Source: Podarcis filfolensis (taxonomy: Eukaryota). From it: a DNA stretch of 64,000 nt. Below are positions 47,116 through 59,045 of this stretch, one piece after another (positions within the stretch are counted from its first letter, which is position 1; each line of letters opens with the position of its first letter). The DNA lies in the NCBI GenBank assembly GCA_964270895.1, contig OZ185450.1. One strand, given 5' to 3'. The notes under the pieces are model-generated. The model was given only the letters and a program-made list of their open reading frames with translations, was not told where the DNA came from and ran no database searches. Position numbers and translations under genes: made by a program.

Positions 47116-49519
47116 TGTGTATGGAATTAGAATGGGCCCAGTCTCTCCTTCTTCACTGTTCCATAGTTATGGTGGAGGTTTGCAGAAGCATCCATTGCAG
47201 GTGATGGGACCAGAGAACTTTTTTGGGTCCTTCCCAACTCTATGATTCTTTGTTGGGATCTGTTCCCCCATCTCCCCTTAAAAGTGTATGGGTAAGCCAG
47301 CCTTGATCAGGGCTCAAAGCCGTCCTATATTATGCAGGATCACAAGAGAGCTGCTTCCCCGCCATGGAATTCATCTCTATATAATTATGTAGTGTTTAAA
47401 GCATGTCCTTTTTGCCACTGCCTGCCAACTGGGCTGACAAAATGATCAGCCGCTGCCTTATTGATACTCTTGCAGCGAAAACAAAACAAGGCAGTACATT
47501 TGGAATCACTGCATAACATGTAACCAGGAAACGGCAGTGTTAATTAATTGATGGCATGGTGGCGGGGGGGGGGGGATGAATTTCAGCAGAAGGAGATGTG
47601 GAACTGGCAGAAAGTGGCCCCAAGTTGCACCATCTGGCAGATGAAGAGGAATGATTGTGAGGTGAAAGCATGCCCCAAATCCAGGTGTTTAAATAGGTCT
47701 GATGGAAAAAAACAAGCTAACAGAATGCAGGCGAGGGAAGAATCCTAGCAAACTTGGCCAGCTCCCCAACCTACCTCCCCATCTTCATTTGGAGAGATAT
47801 GATCCCAGGAATGGAGCTAACTTTGGTCCCTGGTCCACGGACCTCCATTAGATTTCATCACTGATACTAGGACTTGAATGTGGTTTGTCTCTATCGATCT
47901 GCATTTCCTCCCACCTTGCGGAATCAACACTGGTTTGTAGCTGCCACATTCCGAGAAGCAAAACTTATTTATTAACTCATCTGTTCTTTCTTTCTTCCCC
48001 CCCTATTTCCCCCTTTTTTTCTCTTTCTTTCTTTTCTTCTTCCTGCATGGCTTCCTTGTGTGTGTCTTCTCCTCATGCCTCCCTACATTCTGCCATGTAA
48101 GTACCACAAGCTTATATACCAGCTCTAGCCAATTTTGCATTTTTCCTATGAAAGGGGTGGGGCAACAGGGCACAGGGTGGTCTTTGCAAGGGGTGTGTGT
48201 ACATTTTTGTTTTTGTTTTTTTGTTTATGAATGGCTTTTAAGAAGATAGCTGGGAGTTAATTTTCTGGAGCATTATGGGAATCACTTGGAGGATCCAAAG
48301 CAGAAATGGTTGGAAGCTGTAGGCATGAGAGGTTTTGTAACTAATTGGAAAATGACCCAGCTTTATTAATGCGATATAAATGATCTAGGGTTGGGTTACC
48401 TGAAAGACCACCTTGGCCTTTATACATGAGCTGGATCATTTGGATCATGTGGAGTATGTATGTTCATGGGCACTTGGATGACAACATCTCATCTTTTCAA
48501 GCAGAAAAAGTTGGTATTGGCAACAAGCCAAAGGATTAATTTCCTTGTTTAAGTGAACAGTATTTTAACCTCGCCTCCCGCCTCCCCCCCCCCATTTTAA
48601 CTTTTACATTCTTCTCTTTTGTGTGGTTCATGTGACAATAAACAGGACAACTCCTCCTATGTTTTCTTAGGCACCCCCAGACCAGGTGTTTCTGCACCAC
48701 CTATTTAGCTCTGCTTGTGTGTGTGTTGCAGACAGACTGAACAGTAGTGTACAATTCATAATACAGACTGCACTGTCAACCCATAGCATGGGTACCATGA
48801 GTCATTACTCCTTACAACTGATCTAAATTCTTCTATAACCTGGATTTGGAATGAGAACATCCTTAACCGGGAGTGCGCAGAGAATGTGTCTGTACGTGTG
48901 TTCTATTCTACATATTGGTTTAGGTTTCTCTCTTCAGCCAAAAACCACAAGATAAACCTACTTTCCTTTTTAAAGAAAAAGAAAGAAACCTCATGCTGCA
49001 AAACTTATATAGCACCTACCCAGATTCTACCCATGAGGCAAACTTTTAAGCTCTCTGGCTTTGCAAGTTCCTAGAGCATCTTATTGTTGTCTGTGGCATG
49101 AGTTGCTTCTTAAGTTGCCAGATTGAGGAGGCCAGTGGATATTAGAGCTGAGCATACAGAGCTGGGTCTTCTGTCATCTCAATGTGTCAGGAAATATTTT
49201 GTCCCATGGAAGCAAGCTGAAAGTATGATGCAGCAGATGCCAGCATTTCCTCCATTGCTCATGGTCCCTGCAAAGCATCTTGTTGCTTCCTACACCCCAC
49301 CATGATTGCTTACTTCTCCTAAGTGACATCAGCACAAAGCAATACAAAAGTGGAAGTGTGATCAGTTTTCTTTACAGCAAACCAGCTTCTCAGATTCATC
49401 TCTTCAGCACCCATCTATTTGTTCAGATCTCATACTTTGTACTTTCCCATCCTTTAGAGTATGACTGTTGGTGTCACTGGCTACTAATATGCAAGGTTTG
49501 GTTCCTCTGTGTTCCTCTC

Positions 49520-49880
49520 CCACACCAAGCATTTTTTAAAAAGCCCTTTCAAAACATCAACATTTCAGTTCACATTTTGCCTAACACACACCTTTTCCAT
49601 TCAATTTTGCCTAATATACATATTTTTGCAAGCAATTACCCCAATATAACACATTTTGTTTGTTAACGTTCGTGAATCAGCGCATTCTCAACTAAACTTT
49701 CTTGCAATATATGCATTCTTTTACACATTTTGTTGTTGTTGTTGGAGAACTGCATTGCTAAAAAATAAAAATAGAGAAGTGCAGATTTTGAGGGATAGCT
49801 GCATTTTGGTTTGCATCCTGTTTTAGGAAGTATGAATTAGGTAGATGCAAATTCAAATGTGAAATGAACAAAATCTTAGG
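49520..49880 (-). mobile_element. AT-rich hAT-like element (TAGGGATGG family), reverse copy
   Basis: Reverse-complement similarity to 776-1156 (e.g. TTTGCAAGCAATTACCCCAATATA). Ends approximate. Confidence 0.5.
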
Positions 49881-50644
49881 GATGCCACTCCTTAGACTTT
49901 TCTTCACCTAAAGATGTCCCACAAGGCAGTGGGTACGAATTTTTTTTCTCAGGGTTTGTTCCCAATGCCTTTCTCATGAATGAGTATAGCCACAAGGCAG
50001 TAGAGGTTTAGGATCAGTTTACCTTCTCCTAGATGGGCCACCTTCCCAGGTTGATGAGCCCCATCTGCCTCTAACCATTTAGAGTATGAGATTAGTAATA
50101 TTCATCTGTTTTACAGGGTTGTTGTAAGGGTTACAGCAAAGGGATCTGTGGGAATCCTCAAAATCATTATAGAAGTGTTATCATCATCAAGCCTGCATCA
50201 TAACACAAGGCCCCACTCCAGATACAGAAATCTCGGTCTAATAAACATCATACCTGCAGGCTTCCTCTTCTTCTCTTTCATGCATTGTGATTTTGTTCTT
50301 CTGGGGTTTCCTTTTATCTCACCCACTTTTTTTGGTTAAAAAATATATTTGATGCAAATATCAAAATATACAGATGTTAAAGCGAACACTCCATGTGAAA
50401 GGCATGTTACTGTAAAATAATTTATACTATAGGCACTGCATTTTAACATACAGCTGTTCGAAGTGTTCAAGAGCAAATGATACACGGGTTAATCAGATGT
50501 GGGGATGTAAATAGGCATTACTTTCCATTCTGCCCTGTATTTGTCACATTTGCATCCAACCCAAGGTTTGTGCATAGCAAACACAGATTTGCATAGCATC
50601 CCAGGTACACAAGTCAAGGAACTGTGTTTGACCTCTGCTCCCAG

Positions 50645-50710
50645 CTATCTATCTATCTATCTATCTATCTATCATCTATCTATCATCTATCTATCATCTA
50701 TCTATCTATA
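50645..50710. repeat. (TATC)n microsatellite
   Basis: Direct read. Confidence 0.92.
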
Positions 50711-51123
50711 TTTCTCCATAGGCAGCAGTAGCATATTGATAACTTTATTTCATGAGGAAAAGTGTAGCTATTTTACTAATCCTTTACAAACGATTTGCAG
50801 TTGCACCAAGATCAAAGATGACAATGAGTTTTAAAAGGTCAGAAATCTTCTAGAGACGGTGATTATGAGCCTTGGTTATGAGCAACATGATGAAAATTGC
50901 AATGCCTGGAGCATCTTATTTGCCGTCTTTTAACACTCTGTAAACTGTCTGTGACTGGAAAAGCATAAAAACAGCTTAGAGATAAAAAAGAGAGAGCCTT
51001 AGCAGAAGTTTGCAAGAAATCACAGCAGTGCAAACCAGAAGGTTGAAGGTGTCTCAGAGCAGGGTGGAACACCTCGAGGGCCTTTTGTTTGCTTTATTGA
51101 TAACTTCTTCTTTAATTTTGTAG

Positions 51124-51156
51124 AAGAGACAACCACACTTCAGACACCCTGGAAAG
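51124..51156 (+). CDS. NTM: Neurotrimin alternative microexon 2 (33 nt, phase 1 to 1): EETTTLQTPWK
   Basis: TTTAATTTTGTAG acceptor, GTCAGT donor, in frame. Matches the recalled NTM/CEPU-1 insert EVKTTALTPWK / ETTTALTPWK. Confidence 0.9.
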
Positions 51157-53989
51157 GTCAGTAAAACAATAACAGCAATCCACAAACCTGCTGCTGCTCC
51201 CCCAACTTCTGGCCTTGAACCTCAGCCATCCCTCTCCGTCTTTCTCTGTTTCTTCTCCCTTCCCCTATGGCTAAGCTAACATCAATGGATCGAACGGCCC
51301 ATCATTGGCCATGTTGAATCTTTTGTCAGCTTTTGTGTCCAACCCTCTGCCTCTTTTTGCTGAATACCTGAAGGCTTTCTGCCACCTGCTTTCAAACAAT
51401 CTGCTTTGTAGCAAGACTTCACCTGTCACCAGTCATCCTTATTGCAGAATAATGCGGCTAGTCCTCATTTCTTTCAGCTTAATTTACAGATCTTCTTTAC
51501 ACAGCTTTTGCTTCCATTGCTGTGTGACCCGCTATCCTTGCTTTGCCACTTCTCCTAATCCTTTTTTCTCCCAAACCCCCAAAACACATTCTATATATTA
51601 CTCATTTGTGATCTGAGAAGCATTACAATGGTTTTCCAGTCTACCTTTATTCAGAATCTCAGGCCTGGTTTATACATACATTTTCGTCATGCATTGACAG
51701 TGATATCAAAACATGGTTTGCTGCATGTGTGAGTGGGCCTGAACAGCTACAGCACCTAAATGCCCTTATCTCCTCACATCACTTTATGCAATGCTGTCTA
51801 GAAGTGAAGAGTCATTTTATACAGTCAGGTACTGGCCTTAAAATGTACAGTAATGAGTTTGAAGAGCAGTCAAATAATGTTATTTCCACATGTGCTAAAT
51901 CCTGATCAAAATGTCCACTGCAGATTCATTGTCTTAGTTGTAGTTCACAAAGCCAAAGGTATGGAGGTATTTCAGCTGTTCTCTGAAGTAGGGTGTGCAC
52001 TTTTGAGAGGTAGAAGAACTTAATGGGATATCTTTATGTTTCTGACCAAATGGCATCTATATCTCCCCCTGCTCAGAGTGTTCCTCAGAATGGAACTTTT
52101 TTTCAACAAGCATTTACACCAGGTATAGACAATGTGGTGTGCTCCAGATATTGCTGGACTACAACTCCATCATTCCTGACAATTAGCCATGTTGGCCATG
52201 TAGTCCAAAACACCCTGAACATTGTCTACTTTTGATTTATACACCAGCTTAGACCTGGCTACTATAATCCAGCCTTGAAATTTTGCCTGCGGACGTTCTC
52301 CCTTGAAATTTGGAAGTCCCTGGGGAAAGGGATCCTCATCAGTGTGGAGAAGCCACCAATAACATCCCTCTGCGTGCCTTAACACTCCAAAGTTGGCACC
52401 TGGATGGAAAACTCAGCAGGGTATTCCAGGCCAATCATTCTCAGATGATTTGTTTCTTTGTTCTCAGATGCTCTCGGTGGATAATTGATGCTTAATAGCT
52501 TTTTCCCTAGGATACCACTGGGCCTGTTTGTTGGCCACTTTGGAACATCACATGCCTCCTTAATGAGCGCTAAGGAATTAATGTTGGAGAGAAGCCATTG
52601 CCAAGGCCAGGCTGGGCCACTTCGGCTCCTTTGTTGACTCTGCCGTCATTGATGGCTGTTTTGGCAGCAAGAGCTCCATTATCTCCTTCCATGCAGCTCT
52701 GTGCTTGGCTCCCTTGAATGCTTGTTATGAAATTTCAAAGGATCCAACTTCGCTTTCAAGAAACTGGTAGCTGAGGCTTTCTAGGGCTTCTGGTCCAGCT
52801 CCAGTGTGATAACGCCAGTTGATTTAATGGAGATAGAAAACATTTGTGGTGGAGGTGTTTAATCATCAGTACAGATTTAATAGTAAGTTACAAAGTTGGG
52901 ATTTATGCTAGGAAAACTATGCTATACCAAGAAACAAGGCAGGTGCAAAAAAGCAACAAAGTGTCTTGGGGCATCTTGGGGCATAAGCATTTGTGGACTG
53001 TGGTCTCCTTCATCAGATGCATGAAGTGTTATCCTGATCTGAAAGTACATATATACATGGTTGGGAGGATGTTGTTACAAAAAAGATAAAGGGAACTCAA
53101 ATGCAGGAAAAAAACAGAAAGTGATAATTTAGTGTTTAACAGTGGCAGCTCATAAAACCATTTTTGAAGACACAGGCATCCTGGCATGGGTAAGCCAATT
53201 ATTGCATACAATGTGCTCGAAATCCTTTGCCTTGCTTCAATCCAAAAGTCTTGATATAGTCAGCAGGTTTCATGGCACAGTCTCCCTTTGAAATCTGCTG
53301 CTCTGCGGTGGCTACTTAAAGGTCATTTGCCGAAAAGCAGAGCAATGAAGAAATGGAAACAGGAGGCAGTCATGTAAAAACCACACCGTGTGTGGCGGAC
53401 ATCTGACCAGTACCAAAGGCACATTGGGGCACATTTAAAGAAGGTGGTCTTCACAAGAGATTGAAAGGTTAACACGGAAGGGACCAGATATACCAAGTGC
53501 TGTCACCAGAGACACATCAGACAGTGATGGGATTTAGAACAGGGCCTCCCTGGAGATGCTCAGCAGACGAACAGGATTATGTTGGAGCAGACGGTTCTTT
53601 GAATGAATACGAATGAATTCAATCATATGAATCACATGTTTGGAAGCACACATCAAGAGGCTCCGGACCTCTGAGTGTTCAGTTTCACCTTACATAGCAT
53701 GTTGTGACAGGATTTAAAATGTCTCAATGTACATAAAAGAGATTGAAGTAATCTTTGCAAGACTGACAAGGGAAGAAGCATTTGACTCAACAGAACTGAG
53801 CAACGTGTTGGCAGATGTGCTTACAAGAGAGTAACAGTGGGATGATTGGGCAGACTTTCTTTTCATCCTGGGTCTCTCCACCCATAGTATTATCTTTGTG
53901 TGGTTTGGCCATTAGTTTTCCAGTGGATGATGCTCCAAGGATTCACTATGCCATGAAAATTTGATCTTATTCCTTGGCGGGTTGTACCT

Positions 53990-54180
53990 CAGTGATGCTT
54001 CAGCACATGCTATGCATGCAAAAGGTCCCATGTTTGATATATGGCTTCTCCAGATAGGGCTGGGTGACCTCCCACCTGAAATCTTGGACATCTGCTGCCA
54101 GTCAATGTGTCAATGATACTGAGCCAAATGAATCGATTGCCTGGCTTAGTATAAGCTAGCTTCCTTCATATGTTCCTTAA
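53990..54180 (+). mobile_element. tRNA-derived squamate SINE (degenerate)
   Basis: ATGCATGCAAAAGGTCCCA..CTCCAGATAGGGCTGGG..CCTGAAA..CTGCTGCCAGTCAATGTG..CAGTAT/TATGTTCC. Confidence 0.6.
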
Positions 54181-55149
54181 GGGTTTCTAACTGCTTATTT
54201 GTAAGCTGGAACACTCTGATTTTTCACAATGAAAAGTAAAGGACTCATAGTATACAGAATACGTTACTTGTGCTATGGCAGGTCTAATAATATGGGGACT
54301 TCAGAGCAAGCAGGAATGAACCTCAGCCTGCATTATTCGCATTAGTGTTGAAACTCTAAATAACTTAGAACTCAAATATATGAAAGGCCATCCCCATCTC
54401 TTCTGCTTTTGTCGTGTGTTAAGATCTGCTAAGGGGAAATCTCTTGGCAGCTCCACCACAAAGAATAGCAGGCCGGTAGAGAGATTCCATGGAGCAGCCT
54501 CTAAATTGTGGAACTCCCCAACAAGGTGTGTCAGTCACCTTCACTGTGCAGCTTTCACCATGGGCTCGTCAACATTTCCATTTGCCCTTCCACTTTCCCC
54601 CAGGAAAACCCACAGTTTCATGCTGAGTCAGAATGAAAGACAATTGGGTTTTCTATGGATTGCTGTTTGTTCTGATTCAGCGCTAAATAACAGGTTTTCT
54701 GGGAGAAAGCAGCAGGGCAAAGGCAAAACCTCTCAGCCCCGTGCCTAGAAAAGACAGGGCAGGCAGAAAACCATAGACCCCTCTGTTCTATGCACAGGAA
54801 AAGCAGTGATGTGGCTGAGCTCTGGAGATCCCCCTATTTCCTTTGGCTTTTGACAGTTAAGGAGCTGAATTTGTGGTGTTCGGTTCACTCTGGAATGGTT
54901 TTGGGTACGGTATTTTCATTGTGTGTGTGTGTGTGTATTCTTTAAATAATTGCATATCCACTTGTTGTAACCCTCTCTGGGACCTTATGGTGAAAGGTGG
55001 GTAAGAAATCTTATAATTAATAAGCTTTGGTTCAGGTGTTATGACATGGGTGTTGTGAAGACTGGCTGGTCAGCTATGGCTACTGATGAAGAAAGGGGAC
55101 AATCTCTGGAAAATGCCATTGCTTTGGGTCGCTGTTTGCTGCTCTTGAT

Positions 55150-55530
55150 GATGATGATGATGATGATATCACCATCTTGCCTTTTCTCCAGACTGGAACT
55201 CAAGGCAGCTTACACAGATTAAAATGAAATAGGTAAAACACAGAAAGCTAAAAACATTTAAAAGATAATTGTTCGAAAGTAATACAACTCTAAGTAAATT
55301 AAAGCAACATAAAAAAACACAAATCTATTAAAATACAGAAAATAAAAACAGCACAGCACTATTAAAGTCCTTTCCTTAAAAAAAAAAAGACAATTAGTTC
55401 CCAGAAACCTGTCAGAATAAAACAGTCTTCACCTGTGAATGAAAAGACAACAAGGAGGGAGCCAGCTTCTCTAGGAAGGGAGTTCCAAAGTCTGTGGACA
55501 GCCACTGAGATGGCACTCTCCCACATCCCC
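55150..55530 (-). mobile_element. L2 LINE 3' fragment
   Basis: (GAT)n tail, GAACTCAAGGCAGCTTACA and GGAAGGGAGTTCCAAAGTCTGTGGACAGCCACTGAGATGGCACT (reverse L2 motif). Confidence 0.6.
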
Positions 55531-55735
55531 ACCAGGCTTTTGTCCTTGCTTTCTTGTTGTGCTCCTACATAATAAATAAATAAATTTGACTAGGGTAGAC
55601 AGGGGTTAGTTTGGAACCAGCCGTGGCAATAACCATCGTTTCGCCATAGCTGATAATAGCCTCTGGCCTGTTTGCTTCTTCATTCCATTGCTTATTATTC
55701 CATTCACTGACATGGTACCTTCTGTCTTTCCACAG

Positions 55736-55836
55736 GCCCTGGAGCAGTGCATGATGGGAACAGTGGCGGATCAAGAAGAGTTGGCTGCATCTGGCTGTTC
55801 CCCTTCCTTCTGTTGCAACTGCTGCCCAAGTTTTGA
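55736..55836 (+). CDS. NTM: Neurotrimin terminal coding exon: GPI-anchor signal
   Basis: TCTTTCCACAG acceptor. Encodes (G)[32 protein letters not shown] then TGA: a small-residue omega region, a spacer and a hydrophobic tail. [11 protein letters not shown] matches chicken CEPU-1 as recalled. Confidence 0.95.
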
Positions 55837-56755
55837 CCCTGTCAACCATGGCGATAAGATGACGACGGAGAAGAAGAAGATAAAGAAGATGAAGAGAAGA
55901 AGAATATTACAATTTTTTTAAAATAATCATAATAGTAAGAGTATATTATGAGGAAATATTGGGGAGAGAGAAAGGGAATCTGAAAAAAGAAGAGTCCAAA
56001 TTGTTCTGCTGATGTTTCAACACAACTGAGTGTTTTGTTTTCTTTCTTTTGGGTTTTATTTTTCTCATCCACTCCCTCCCTCACCATGGACAAGGAATGC
56101 AGCTGTTGGGGACCAACCAGTGCATTTGGCTGAGTGACCATTGATCCCCATCTGCCCATCCCCACACTAGCAAGGCAGCTGACTCAGTTTTTTCTTTTCT
56201 CTGAAATCTGCCCAACTCTGGAGGATTATGGTGTCGACTACCCTGTGCACAAAATACGTCACAGTTCCCCCCCAACCCCACATACACCTCTGGTCCCCTT
56301 CCCTCCTCTTCATGGACTGCGCTGTCGGTTTGCTTCTTTGATTGCAAACGATGATGAAACGATGACAGGACCACAACCACTCTGATAAAGCAACAGCCAC
56401 CACAAGCAGCTTCAAGGAAAAGGGAAAACACGATGATGACCCAAAATCACATGATTGTTAAGACATTGATTCATTGTACTACATGGATGTCATGGATAAT
56501 AAGGGATTATGAGTCATTATTAATTTTATTAATTATATTTTCTGATATGAGCCTAGAACTGTTAGTTCATAAAAAAACACCACAAAAATACAAAAAAAGA
56601 GAGGAAAATGGGGTGGGGGAGAGAGAAAAGTAAGTTTATTATTAAGAACAAATTGGCTAATGGGATTCTTAACTGGCTTACAATGAGGTGGAATGTCAAT
56701 GTCTCTGGCTGTTTATCAGATGGGTCTGGATATAATTTGACCCGTCCAGCAGAAG

Positions 56756-56816
<61 letters not shown>

Positions 56817-57490
56817 AAGCAAGTAATGCCTCCACCAGCATTATCGAGTTTTCATTCATTATTCTGGTGTTCAACTCAAGAAGGTTTTCCACTGTCTTCA
56901 TACTGTTTGGAAGTACAAAGGTTGATGCTCACTGTATCTTGAGTTAGATGGATATGCTTATTCTTTTTATGAGCTATATATATATATATATATAGTATAT
57001 ATAAATATACATACATATATATATAAATATTATAATAATTATTATTTTGTTAGCATCCTAGCACATTATTTCTCAGCCAGGTCCTTCTGCCGACATTACT
57101 GCATGCTGTATATGAAGTTAGCTGTGTATTGGTCTTTTCAGACACAAGGATAGAGTTTTATTGGTAACTGTGTAATTAATTCCTGCTTTTTCTTTTGTTT
57201 TTCTTTCTTTTTCTTTTTCTTTCCTTTTTCGGCCTTTCCGTGGGTTATTTACATGTTGAAGACATTTATATAAAAAAAAGAAAAGAAAAAAGAAAAGAAA
57301 GAATGGAAAAAACACATAACAATTCTGCAGCGTCTCTTTCCATATTTGGATTTCTATAAATGGGGAAAACAGTGGTGATTAAAACCAACACACAACCTTT
57401 ATTTTCCCTGTGCTACACAGCTTTGGATAGGAACACAACAAGGACACAGAGAAAAATAAAAATAAACGACGTTTCAGTGAATAGTACATC
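55837..57490 (+). other. NTM: NTM 3'UTR (presumed extent)
   Basis: Follows the stop codon and is free of recognisable transposons. AT-rich, with (GA)n at ~56757-56813 and (TA)n at ~56975-57040. The end is inferred from tandem AATAAA. Confidence 0.55.
57455..57466 (+). promoter_or_regulatory. Tandem polyadenylation signals AATAAAAATAAA
   Basis: AATAAA at 57455-57460 and 57461-57466, ~1.6 kb after the stop codon. Actual use is not demonstrated. Confidence 0.5.
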
Positions 57491-58584
57491 TTTTTAAAAA
57501 GAACCCTCCAACACACACATATGCACATACCCCATGTCTACTAGAGAAACTGACTCACGTCAGTTTTGTTCTCTCTTTTCCTTTTCAATGGATAGAACTG
57601 GAGAGTTGCATCTTGATGACGGACAGTTTTTGGGGATAGCTCAGTAGATGGAGACCTCCTTTGTCCTTGATTTGTTTGGAGGTCAAAACTGGAGGTTGTA
57701 TCTGACTTTACATTAAAAAGAAAAAAGAATATGTTCCATGTTCCTCTTCAGACTGATTGTGATACCTCATTATTAAGCTGGTTGTGGAAGAGATGTGCAT
57801 ATATAGCTAATGCAGCAAAACAATTCATCAATAAAATGTTGAACTTAAACTCTGATATAGGACAGATCTTGAAGGGCAGGGTGCAATGCCATCCTAGCAG
57901 GGTGGTGGGGTAGGAGACCACAAGAGAATTAGCTGCTCCTGCTGTGTGCAGGTCTCAGTAAGAGTTCCTAGTTGGGTCTTTTTGCCCAGTGTCCATTAAC
58001 TTGATGGTAGATAAAGAATGCATTGAAAGGGATATGTTGATGCAATGTGGCAGGAATGAGGGGAACCAAACATCTCTGAATCCAGCTGGGCTGAACATAA
58101 ATGGATATGATCATCAACTTGGGTTAGTGTTACTTTAATATTCAACAGTATATTTGTGTGTGTGTGTGTGTGTGTGTGTTGGTGTCTCATGAAATTGTCC
58201 CACAAAAATGAGAATCGCGTTGCAGGTGACATGACATTGAACCAGCAAGCCCAATGTTGTTTTCCTGCTTTCTTGACTCCTGTGGATCCTTAATCCCTCT
58301 TCCCCTTGTTGTTCATTATTTCCTTGCTTGCACTGGCTGCATGCCCCCTGGCTCCTGCCTACCACCCTTCCCTTGAATAGTTGCCCTCTGTTTCTCTAGC
58401 CTTACTCCTCATTCATCTATCGTTGGGCTGATCTTCCAGCTTCCTGAGCTAGAAGGTTAACCTAGACCTTTTCATATTGGATTTCGCTTCACCATTGGCC
58501 TCAACATGGATGTTGTACATGCAATGGCTATGCACATATCAGTTAGTTATCAGAAACTCTGGACCAGCATTCCCTAACCAAGTA

Positions 58585-58664
58585 CACGGTGAGTCCTTTA
58601 AAAGAGGCCCCATGGATACAGAGTGCACATGTTCCACAGGGCCTCTTTTAAAAGACTCACCCTG
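58585..58664. mobile_element. 80-bp Tc1/mariner-type mini-MITE
   Basis: TA|CACGGTGAGTCCTTTAAAAGAGGCCC..GGGCCTCTTTTAAAAGACTCACCCTG|TA. Arms match 27/29 including flanks. It sits inside a hairpin hAT MITE. Confidence 0.8.
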
Positions 58665-58974
58665 TACTCCAGATGTTCCATATGACATTTACCATCATCC
58701 CTGGCCATCATAGGGATAGTCAAGGAAGATGGGAGTTGTAGTCCAAAACCTCTGAGGAATAACATGCAGAGGGAGGCAGTTCTAAGCCTTCTTTCTTTCT
58801 TGTTCAGGGTTCTGATGGAGAAAGCGAGCAAGCATTTTAAGATCACAAAGTCTTCCTTCTTACAAGTGGCCTGCAAGTCTGATAGATCACATTCTCCTTC
58901 ACAAGACTATCTTGGTCCAGCGAGAGGCAACATCCTGTCTACTAGTTAGCTTCTGTAACCTTTGCAGCCTTATT

Positions 58975-59045
58975 TATACATACATACATACATACATACA
59001 TACATACATGCATACATGCATACATACATACATACATATATATAT
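58975..59045. repeat. (TACA)n microsatellite
   Basis: Direct read. Confidence 0.9.

Noticed and set aside
47495-47515. Possible 15-nt microexon CGAAAACAAAACAAG with a GC donor
   Set aside because: Weak pyrimidine tract and poor GC-donor context (GCAGTA); no homologous peptide known to me.
31684-55836. Assignment to other IgLONs (OPCML, LSAMP, NEGR1, IGLON5)
   Set aside because: [28 protein letters not shown], the [11 protein letters not shown] tail and both insert peptides match NTM/CEPU-1 as I recall it. A reciprocal BLAST would be the formal test.
55688-55921. Alternative-frame ORF over the terminal exon ending in KKKIKKMKRRR, and an acidic DDDGEEED frame after the stop
   Set aside because: All upstream junctions are phase 1, which selects the GPI frame. 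The acidic frame lies behind two stops. Both come from a purine-rich low-complexity 3'UTR tract.
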